Positions 56,954 to 64,000 of a DNA stretch of 64,000 bases are shown in pieces. Numbering within the stretch: position 1 is the first letter of the stretch; every line of letters begins with the position of its first letter. Under the pieces are notes generated by a model that saw only the letters and a list, made by a program, of their open reading frames with translations, ran no database searches and was not told where the DNA came from. Source of the stretch: an uncultured virus (IMG/VR IMGVR_UViG_3300042315_000659) (taxonomy: Duplodnaviria > Heunggongvirae > Uroviricota > Caudoviricetes). Made by a program: the position numbers and the translations under genes. Location of the stretch: IMG/VR virus record IMGVR_UViG_3300042315_000659; one strand, given 5' to 3'.

Positions 56954-59260
56954 TTAGATGATCGTTGCTAGTGATTCTTTAAAAGGTACTGGATAACTTG
57001 AGCTTTGAAAAACCCGTATTGTATAAGCCGATTGGACTGACCCCCAATCGGCTATCTGTTGCGATTCTGTGTAAACGACGCTTCGGGCTGACGATACTGA
57101 CCATTCTCGTTTTACTGTGTCCCCGTCGTAAATTCTGACTACATAGCCGTCCAACTCTCCCGCTGCGTAAGCAATGTCGATATAGTCGATCCAACGACCA
57201 TTTAACCGCGTCCGTCGATACCAAGTAATAATTAAATCGTTGTTATCTTTTTCCCCTCTTACAGCACAAGGGAAAGGCTTCAATCCTTCTAAGGTGATTG
57301 TGTGAGAGACTTCCTCCTCTATATCGGTTTCAAGTAATCCATTAGGAACTACTTTTAATAAATATTCTCGATTAATATCAGAAAGATTTAAGGGGAATCG
57401 AACTAAATAATTAGTTAGTAACACAAATTTTTCTCCTATTATATGCCTAGAGATAGCCGGTTCAGTTCCTTTGACTCCACGAATTGTATATGAAATATCA
57501 AAGGTCAAGGGATTGTTGGACACAATAGCAGCATTTTTAAACGCTATAATTTCTCCAGTAGAAAACCAACCTAATTGTTTGCCTGATAGAAATGTTTCAA
57601 GAGTAACTGGCTCTAATTGCCCTGAATTCATGATTACTCGTATCCAATTTAAATCGTCAATAAAACTAGGAGAAGCGTTGTTAAAATTTGGGGAGAAGCT
57701 TAATACAGTACCAGTTACGCTGTTGACAACATTGCCAACAGCAAAATCATAACTTAAGCCGTTGTCATCGGAATAAAATAAGGCTCCTCTGTTAAAACTA
57801 GAGTTACCTTCAATTGCCACATAAATTCCTGCGTCGGCATCTCGGCTATTAACTATTGGGCATTCAATAGGAATAGCGTTAGCGCGTCCGTAGGGACGAG
57901 GAGTGTTATTGTCTGGCGGAAATTCGTTATAGGAACGAGGAATGTTATTGTCATTGTCTGGCGGAAATTCGTTATCTATAGGAATATCTGGCAAATATCC
58001 TACTCCTTGAAATCGAGCAGCTTCAATTTCAATTAAATAATTTACTCCTCTTACTTTCTTTGTAATTTGCATCAATTCTTGATGGTAATTGTTATTATCA
58101 TCAGTAAAAATTATATCCCCAACCTTTAAATTTTCCCATGCTGGTAATAAAAACATTTTTGAGAAAGTTTTTGATTGCGTTTTCCCTAAAAAAAGAATTT
58201 TTGAGGCAATATTCATAAAAAACATATCTATGTCTATTAGCTTAGTTTGGAAACTAAGCTCGTTTGTGTGAGTATCTGATGGGTCTTTAGCTACTGCGGT
58301 AATAGTTTCATAATTTTTTAAAACATTTAGTCCAGATACCGTAACGGCACTAGGGGTTTCTCTAAAATGAGTCAGTTTTTTTTCATTAAGGTCAATAGGA
58401 TTTTCTCCAAATTTTTTAGACCCAAAAGAGCTTTTAGGGATAAAAATAGGATCAGATGATTGTTCTTGTCTTTTAAAAATGATTTTATCTTTTGGCTCCC
58501 CTGTCACAATAAAAAAAGCTCTCATAAGTTCTTCTAACTGATCAGCAAAAGATGTCCCATCAAACAATAAATCAAATCCTTGAATTTGGTAATCATTAGG
58601 AATATCAGTTACGTCAATTTGATCGTCTGTTCTACCAGCTAATTTACAAATAGTTTTCAAAATATCTTTTATTTTTGGATTGTTTCCACTTTCTCCAATC
58701 ACTTCAACATCAATAGTAGGAAATCCAGTGCCGTCATAATTAGCAATCGGATAATTATTAAAAACTAAAAAAGACATTCCAGTAAAAGCAGGTACTGGGT
58801 TGGATTCTTTTGACTGAATTACTGACGATGGTGTAGTTTGATTGCCAGTATAAATAGTTGTGTGTTCAATAAATTTTAGGCTTTTTTCGTCATTGGTTTC
58901 AGAGTTGTAAACAAGGACGCTATTCATCCAAACTCGCCTAACAGAGCCAATTTTTCTAGCAATTGGATAAGCGGCTGTCAGAAAATAAGTGTAAACTTCG
59001 GTAGTTTGCCCACCACCACCACCTTTTCCGCCTTGTCTTTCGGACGTGACGACTTCCTTAAGGGGAATCCCCCACATCATAGTTAGCCCTTCTTTCCTCA
59101 CCCTTCCAAAAGGATAAGATAGGCTTCTGCCGTATTCAGCATCGGGAACACCAGTATCCTCAATTTTTCCTTTTTGTTGGGTAGGGGGTTTAGGAGCAAA
59201 TAGAGATAATAATAGGTTAGCTCCGATCCCTATTGCTACGGGAATGAGAAAATTAGCCAC
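56954..59260 (-). CDS. GTA-megatron-like tail / host-specificity protein
   Basis: YGRSLSYPFG, GGKGGGG, IGSVRRVWMN, EIIAF...IRGVKGTE, ITWYRRTR. Confidence 0.85.
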   Translation of the reverse strand: MANFLIPVAIGIGANLLLSLFAPKPPTQQKGKIEDTGVPDAEYGRSLSYPFGRVRKEGLTMMWGIPLKEVVTSERQGGKGGGGGQTTEVYTYFLTAAYPIARKIGSVRRVWMNSVLVYNSETNDEKSLKFIEHTTIYTGNQTTPSSVIQSKESNPVPAFTGMSFLVFNNYPIANYDGTGFPTIDVEVIGESGNNPKIKDILKTICKLAGRTDDQIDVTDIPNDYQIQGFDLLFDGTSFADQLEELMRAFFIVTGEPKDKIIFKRQEQSSDPIFIPKSSFGSKKFGENPIDLNEKKLTHFRETPSAVTVSGLNVLKNYETITAVAKDPSDTHTNELSFQTKLIDIDMFFMNIASKILFLGKTQSKTFSKMFLLPAWENLKVGDIIFTDDNNNYHQELMQITKKVRGVNYLIEIEAARFQGVGYLPDIPIDNEFPPDNDNNIPRSYNEFPPDNNTPRPYGRANAIPIECPIVNSRDADAGIYVAIEGNSSFNRGALFYSDDNGLSYDFAVGNVVNSVTGTVLSFSPNFNNASPSFIDDLNWIRVIMNSGQLEPVTLETFLSGKQLGWFSTGEIIAFKNAAIVSNNPLTFDISYTIRGVKGTEPAISRHIIGEKFVLLTNYLVRFPLNLSDINREYLLKVVPNGLLETDIEEEVSHTITLEGLKPFPCAVRGEKDNNDLIITWYRRTRLNGRWIDYIDIAYAAGELDGYVVRIYDGDTVKREWSVSSARSVVYTESQQIADWGSVQSAYTIRVFQSSSYPVPFKESLATII

Positions 59261-59294
59261 GGCTTTTTAAAAGATAGTATTTTCTCTATTCTAA

Positions 59295-59367
59295 TAGGTT
59301 GAGTAGGAATCGAACCTACCTAAGACGAATTATGAGTTCGTTGCCTTAACCGCTCGGCCATCAACCC
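59295..59367 (-). tRNA. tRNA with CAT anticodon (Ile2 or elongator Met)
   Basis: GGGTTGA..ACGAA-CTCATAA-TTCGT..GTAGG-TTCGATT-CCTAC-TCAACCT-A cloverleaf; no encoded CCA. Confidence 0.9.
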
Positions 59368-59372
59368 TTGAC

Positions 59373-59834
59373 CTATTTAGGAAAAAATAAAGTAGGAGAG
59401 ATATTAAAAAAATCGGCTAATTTTTGAACGTGAATATCTGTTATCTCTCGCTGCCTATTAAAAATATCATCTAGGATTGATTGATCCTCAAAAATAGATA
59501 GCAAATCTTGCTTTTGTAGGTTTCTTTCCTCTAATATGAATTTCAACAATTCAAGTCCATAAATATCAGGTATTGGCTCTTGATTTTCCTCATACTCATA
59601 ATTTTCTTCATACTCATAAATCAAAGCTCCTAAAACACTTAAATACTCCCTTTCTTCTATTGTCAATTGAATTTTATCTAATATGATTTTATCTAAAAAA
59701 GAACTGATAACTCTTTCCGTGTTTTCTAGCCCTTCCTTGTCGTAAATAGGACGAGGAGGGTATTGTTTTAATAATTCTAAGTATTTATTTGTATCAAACA
59801 TAGTGTGACTGTAATCGCTGTAACTTTTTATCAT
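59373..59834 (-). CDS. HigA-like HTH antitoxin (orphan)
   Basis: PPRPI, LGALIYEYE, LKFILEERNLQKQDL...REIT..HVQKLADFF. Confidence 0.75.
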   Translation of the reverse strand: MIKSYSDYSHTMFDTNKYLELLKQYPPRPIYDKEGLENTERVISSFLDKIILDKIQLTIEEREYLSVLGALIYEYEENYEYEENQEPIPDIYGLELLKFILEERNLQKQDLLSIFEDQSILDDIFNRQREITDIHVQKLADFFNISPTLFFPK

Positions 59835-59874
59835 AGGTCAAGCCTTTGATTTTGTCAATATGTTTGATTTTAAG

Positions 59875-59957
59875 TGGGTTAGGCTGGATTTGCACCAGCG
59901 TGGAATTAAATCTACAGATTTACAGTCTGTCACCTTCGGCTACTCGGTCACTAACCC
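59875..59957 (-). tRNA. tRNA-Tyr(GTA)
   Basis: ACAGA-CTGTAAA-TCTGT anticodon arm, long variable arm, perfect acceptor stem; atypical T loop TGCAAAT. Confidence 0.85.
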
Positions 59958-60015
59958 TTGTTTGTTTCAATCCCTTGTTTAAATTTATCTTACTATAATT
60001 CTTAATACTTGTCAA

Positions 60016-60561
60016 TCATATTGGTTTTTGATTTTCTTGATTCTTTTGAGATTCTTGCAAATTAAGAAGTTGAAGCATTGCTTCTCCTGCGTCTTTACGC
60101 GCCATGCTACAAGTCCAGAGTCTTTGTTCATTGCGCTTGATAATGATAATTTCTGTATTAGAAACTAAACAAACTAAATCATTTTTCTGTTTTATTAGCT
60201 GATTAATAGCTTCTATTCGTTGCTCCTGTTCTAGTTGGGAAACGGGTTGAGGGTTTTCTCCATACTCTTGTGTGGAGAAAACAACAGCTAACATAAAACT
60301 TTTTGTTTCTTTAAACTGAAAACGAATAATCTGCCAACTGAATTCACCATCAGGTTCTAATTCTCGATTCCAAATATTTAGAAAGGCTTGTAAATAACCT
60401 TCTAATCCTTTTTGAGTTTGACGGTTTTTATTAATATCGTTGAGAAGTCCTTGATTTTGTTGAGGATAGCTTTCAACAGGTTTTACTGACTCACTGTCTT
60501 GAATAGAGCAAGAATGACAAGAATTAAATGAAAACATAAAAGGCCTATTGGTTGCTATCAA
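60016..60561 (-). CDS. Hypothetical protein resembling the C-terminal part of cyanobacterial N-6 DNA methylases
   Basis: WNRELEPDGEFSW and IIKRNEQRLWT; resemblance recalled, not verified. Confidence 0.4.
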   Translation of the reverse strand: MIATNRPFMFSFNSCHSCSIQDSESVKPVESYPQQNQGLLNDINKNRQTQKGLEGYLQAFLNIWNRELEPDGEFSWQIIRFQFKETKSFMLAVVFSTQEYGENPQPVSQLEQEQRIEAINQLIKQKNDLVCLVSNTEIIIIKRNEQRLWTCSMARKDAGEAMLQLLNLQESQKNQENQKPI

Positions 60562-60630
60562 GATATTAGGAAAGTTTAATAATTTGTTACAGATTAACTA
60601 TATTAGATTTATTCTCTGTAAAAATTAAGA

Positions 60631-61315
60631 TCACACCAAAAGGAATCTTTCCAAAAATTTATCAATTTTATATTTTTTTTCAGCTATTAATTTTCGCCAA
60701 AGACGAAAATTCTCAAAAAAGTTATACCATCCAAAAGGAACATCCTCTCTAAGGGTAGTCCAAATAATAGGTAAATAGCTTTTGATAGTCATGGCAGCAA
60801 TCAAAAGGTAATAGTTTATTTGTTTAGTCTTTTTCATGTCTTAATAGTCTTAACTTTATTTAAATCCTACCACTTATTTTACATTTAATTTTTCAAAAGT
60901 TAATCCTAAACAAAATGCAAACCAAAGCCAAATATACCAAAACCTGAGAAACAACTCCGACCATGTTAGCTGTAAGTTGTTAAGTCTTATGACAGTAAAT
61001 ACACAGGTAAAAATAATTAAATTTACAGCCACTAATAAATAAGGTTTTTTCTGTTTTTTAGACTTCATTTTAGTTTAATCTTTTTAGGTGTTCTATATTA
61101 CTTTACTACAATTAAAGTTATTTGTCTATAGTTTTGATAAGAAAATAAATTAAATTTATCTTTTCTGCCGTCAGTGTTTTAAGTATCATTAAGATTTCTA
61201 TTAATTTATCCTTAAGTTCTTTTTTAGTGGGTTCTGTGTCACTTGGTTCATAGATGAAAGTTTTAGCACTTCCATCCTGTTCTATTTTAGTCAAAGTGTA
61301 TTTTTCCATGATCAT
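60631..61315 (-). CDS. Three small ORFs (60631-60837 and 60874-61068, hydrophobic; 61118-61315)
   Basis: ORF track; the first two have TM-like segments. Confidence 0.5.
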
Positions 61316-61338
61316 AGTGCCTTCTTTTAGGTGTAGGT

Positions 61339-61794
61339 TTATCTTAATATATCTAGCCCTCGATTTCTGATTCTTTGAGCAAGGTCTTTATTAAATACTT
61401 TTGATTTTTTAATCACAGTAATCTGATTGCTTGGCCAGTATTCTAGCAGAAAATCAACGAGTTCTATTGAAGTTGTGTGTATTCTAGCTTCTTTGCTGTA
61501 TCCTTTTAGTAATTGGTAAAAAAGAAATAGCCCACTAAGCAGGTCTTTTTCAATTACCCAAAATACTAATTTAATTAATGTATTGCTAAGTCGCCAGTGT
61601 TTTAGGAGTTGGCATAGTTTTGTTTCCTCTAATTGCCAGTAACTGAAAAAATCTAAAACATTAGAGATTACTGGGTAGTCGCTTCTACTTACGAAGTCAG
61701 ATACTAGAGCATCGATTGCTTCTAGAGATTGACACATCCCGATGGATGCAATCGATAATCCCTCTAATTTATATCCTGAGATAATTTGTAGCAT
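61339..61794 (-). CDS. Hypothetical protein directly downstream of the CRISPR array
   Basis: 151-aa ORF. Confidence 0.6.
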   Translation of the reverse strand: MLQIISGYKLEGLSIASIGMCQSLEAIDALVSDFVSRSDYPVISNVLDFFSYWQLEETKLCQLLKHWRLSNTLIKLVFWVIEKDLLSGLFLFYQLLKGYSKEARIHTTSIELVDFLLEYWPSNQITVIKKSKVFNKDLAQRIRNRGLDILR

Positions 61795-61857
61795 GGTTTT
61801 GGAGTTTTGTTTTGTTTTCTTGCCTTAGTTTGCCTTGCCTTGTCTTGTATTTGTTTC

Positions 61858-62179
61858 CTTGCAATCTACTTAACAAGTCAAGCCGATTGTTACAAAAAAG
61901 GAGATTAAAAATGTATAACGATTATAGCACTTGCAATCTACTTAACAAGTCAAGCCGATTGTTACTCCCCTAGATAGCGAGGATCGGGAATTTTGGCAAT
62001 GCTTGTAATCTACTTAACAAGTCAAGCCGATTATTACGTGGCAACGACCTATCGCCCTATCTGAATTGGCAACTTGCAATCTACTTAACAAGTCAAGCCG
62101 ATTGTTACAAAACCCACCGATCCAGACACTTTAGCGGTTCTGGCTTGCAATCTACTTAACAAGTCAAGCCGATTGTTAC
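61858..62179 (-). CRISPR. CRISPR array: 5 repeats of 36 nt, 4 spacers of 36, 36, 35 and 35 nt
   Basis: Repeats at 61858-61893, 61930-61965, 62002-62037 (2 variants), 62073-62108, 62144-62179; minus-strand consensus GTAACAATCGGCTTGACTTGTTAAGTAGATTGCAAG; strand inferred. Confidence 0.96.
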
Positions 62180-63852
62180 CCAGTCTCCCAGAGTGTAAGC
62201 TGCGTATAGCCTGCGTTGACTGTTTGCGCGGGTTGCGAGTGGATCGACCTTTTCCTTGTTTTTTTCTTGGGTGTCACTGGCTCGGAGGTCAAAACCAGTA
62301 AGGTTTCGAGGGTTTCTTCCCCAAGTAACAATCGGCTGGACTTGTCAAGTAATTCCTCCTGCGCTGATTCCTTATCGAAATCCTTCAGAGGCTTAACTTC
62401 CCCGGTACAAGCCGGGTAGCTTCTTACGAAGTCTGCTTTCCCTAAGATGTTGATTGCGGCGGCCACATCTCTGGGTAAAGTACATCCACACTCTAAACAT
62501 TTATGGGTGCGGGTTGATAAACTTTTTTTAACACGATTGCCACAGCGAGGACAATCCTGACTGGTGTAAGCTGGTTGAACCTTGATAAACTCTCGGTTGG
62601 GAGTTTTCATTTTCGTTTCAAGAAAACCGGTTAATTGTCCTAAACTAGCATCAGCAAAGGATTTATTTAATCCCCCTTTGGCTTTCGCGTTATTGCGTTC
62701 GTAGCCTTTACCGTCTTCTCTTTTTTTCGGTTTAGGTCGTCGCATTAAATTCTTTAAGTTGAGGTCTTCTACGGCTACAGCGCCATGATTTTTGACAATA
62801 TCGGTACTTAGGGCATGATTAAATCCTTTGCGTTGTCTTGCTATTTTTTCGTGAGTTTTAGCAACTTTAGCACGAGTTTTAGCGAGATTTTTGCCGTCTT
62901 TATTTTCCCCTGCTTTATACTGTCTAGCGGTTTTTCTTTGCAGTCTTGCTAGTCTTTTTTGCTGTTTTCTATAGTATTTGGGCGGGTCAATTTGTTGGCC
63001 GTCGCTGGTACTAATTATATATTCTAGTCCTACGTCAATACCGATTGCTTTATCGGAATCAGGTAGATCATCTACTTCAAATTCACCAAATAGACTTAGA
63101 TAATATCCCGATGGGTATTTGATAATTGATACGGTAGAGGCTTTTCTGTCACCCCATCGAATGTCTAAAATATTGTTGATAATCTTTAAATCGCCTAATG
63201 TTTTACTACAGCTACCTATAGATATTTTATCCCCTTTTCTAACAGCGCAATTGCTGATCTCAGAATAAAGAGATTTAATTTTATCTTCTTTTCTTTTAAA
63301 TCTAGGAAGTTTTCTGTCTAAATTCTTTTTATCGAGTTTGGTGTAAGCTTTCCAGGAATCAGCAAGCTTTTTTAAAACCCCTTGGACAAAAGCCATAGGG
63401 ATGTCCTTGCATAGCTCTGGACATTTTTCTTTTGTAATACAGCCACATAACCCAAAATAATTATCAGATTTTAACCGCCGTTGAATAGGAATATGAACAG
63501 GATAAGAGTGACCTGCTTTTTGTCTTTTTTCTCTAGCTATCTGTATTTTAACTTTTTGCTTGCCAGTTAAATATTTAGGGGTGTAAAGGGGATTAGGAAG
63601 GGATTTACCTTTTTCGTTTTTCAGGGAGTCAATAAATTGAGGTTTTTTAGCTAAACGACGTTTAACCCGTTTAACTGGTTTTTTTGTTATTTTCTCAAGC
63701 TCGTCGTAATATTTATTAAGCTGATATTCCATCAGTAGCTCTAGTCCAAAATTCCAGACAGCTTTAAGCTCGTCCATCCAGCGATCAATATAGGCTCGCT
63801 GAGTGGCATTAAGGTTAAGTTTTATGTCCGCAATAGTTTTCTTGACTAGCAT
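62176..63852 (-). CDS. TnpB/Cas12f-like RNA-guided nuclease (558 aa), CRISPR-associated
   Basis: RuvC-I IGIDVGL, RuvC-II VAVEDL, Zn finger CPRCG..CLECG, RuvC-III RDVAAAINI; stop codon lies within the first repeat. Confidence 0.92.
   Translation of the reverse strand: MLVKKTIADIKLNLNATQRAYIDRWMDELKAVWNFGLELLMEYQLNKYYDELEKITKKPVKRVKRRLAKKPQFIDSLKNEKGKSLPNPLYTPKYLTGKQKVKIQIAREKRQKAGHSYPVHIPIQRRLKSDNYFGLCGCITKEKCPELCKDIPMAFVQGVLKKLADSWKAYTKLDKKNLDRKLPRFKRKEDKIKSLYSEISNCAVRKGDKISIGSCSKTLGDLKIINNILDIRWGDRKASTVSIIKYPSGYYLSLFGEFEVDDLPDSDKAIGIDVGLEYIISTSDGQQIDPPKYYRKQQKRLARLQRKTARQYKAGENKDGKNLAKTRAKVAKTHEKIARQRKGFNHALSTDIVKNHGAVAVEDLNLKNLMRRPKPKKREDGKGYERNNAKAKGGLNKSFADASLGQLTGFLETKMKTPNREFIKVQPAYTSQDCPRCGNRVKKSLSTRTHKCLECGCTLPRDVAAAINILGKADFVRSYPACTGEVKPLKDFDKESAQEELLDKSSRLLLGEETLETLLVLTSEPVTPKKKTRKRSIHSQPAQTVNAGYTQLTLWETG
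62325..62425 (-). ncRNA. Candidate tracrRNA/omegaRNA-derived scaffold embedded in the nuclease ORF
   Basis: Anti-repeat at 62325-62351 (25/27 complementary to the repeat); hairpin at 62401-62416 with loop CUUGUA complementary to the repeat 3' end. Confidence 0.75.
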
Positions 63853-63888
63853 GGCTTTTATGGATCGACCTTCTTTTATTCTTATTTA

Positions 63889-63918
63889 AATCTACCATAA
63901 CCCTGCTAGAAATGTCAA
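63889..63918 (-). promoter_or_regulatory. Promoter of the nuclease gene (TTGACA-18-TAGATT with extended TG)
   Basis: Read directly; resembles the TTGACAATTCTAG promoters at ~47610 and ~56590. Confidence 0.6.
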
Positions 63919-64000
63919 GTAAGAAGTCTAAAGATTTTTTGGGATACCAGTTCCCACATCAGAACCTATAGCCCAACCCTTATAAAAGTTAAAGGCAGTA

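Noticed and set aside
57890..57975. NEFPPDN duplication in the tail protein as a diversity mechanism
   Set aside because: A simple in-frame tandem duplication in a linker
61894..61929. Self-targeting of this spacer against the start of ORF 59373..59834
   Set aside because: Only patchy similarity (CGATTA core) with many mismatches
62325..62351. A sixth degenerate repeat of the array
   Set aside because: It is in the opposite orientation and out of period, so it is an anti-repeat
425..62419. Many short antisense or nested ORFs in the track (e.g. 425-619, 5085-5309, 23811-24086, 31925-32179, 47913-48230, 51089-51415, 62216-62419)
   Set aside because: Shadows of longer well-supported genes, with no motifs or RBS
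62176..63852. Plain IS605/IS1341 transposon tnpB
   Set aside because: No tnpA or transposon ends recognised; a regular repeat-spacer array and an anti-repeat argue for CRISPR association

Overview
AT-rich 64 kb segment of a large temperate cyanophage, prophage or phage-plasmid. The host is probably Microcystis or a relative; this is inferred from a host-like nblA, cyanobacterial CTGATAA tandem repeats and cyanobacterial-type hypotheticals. Head genes: terminase small/large (the large subunit carries a class 3 intein), portal, head morphogenesis protein, putative protease and capsid. GTA-like tail-tip genes are scattered in three blocks, and there is a GH19 endolysin. Other content: class I RNR, a thymidylate synthase fusion, two DNA methyltransferases, primase-helicase, SF2 helicase, a RecT-like protein, RusA, two ParB-like proteins, several orphan antitoxin-like genes and three tRNAs. 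No integrase, tape measure or cas1/cas2 is visible in the window. The standout is at the right end: a 558-aa TnpB/Cas12f-like RuvC nuclease whose stop codon lies inside the first repeat of a 5-repeat CRISPR array. Its own 3' coding sequence contains a 27-nt anti-repeat and a TnpB-omegaRNA-like hairpin whose loop can pair with the repeat 3' end. This looks like a compact phage-borne TnpB-to-Cas12 intermediate with a tracrRNA embedded in the ORF. Other candidates are a structured ncRNA or mini-array at 3.6-3.8 kb, an antisense RNA against the primase leader, and a dispersed ~100-bp palindromic repeat family at module boundaries. All product calls come from motif recognition by eye; no database searches were run.
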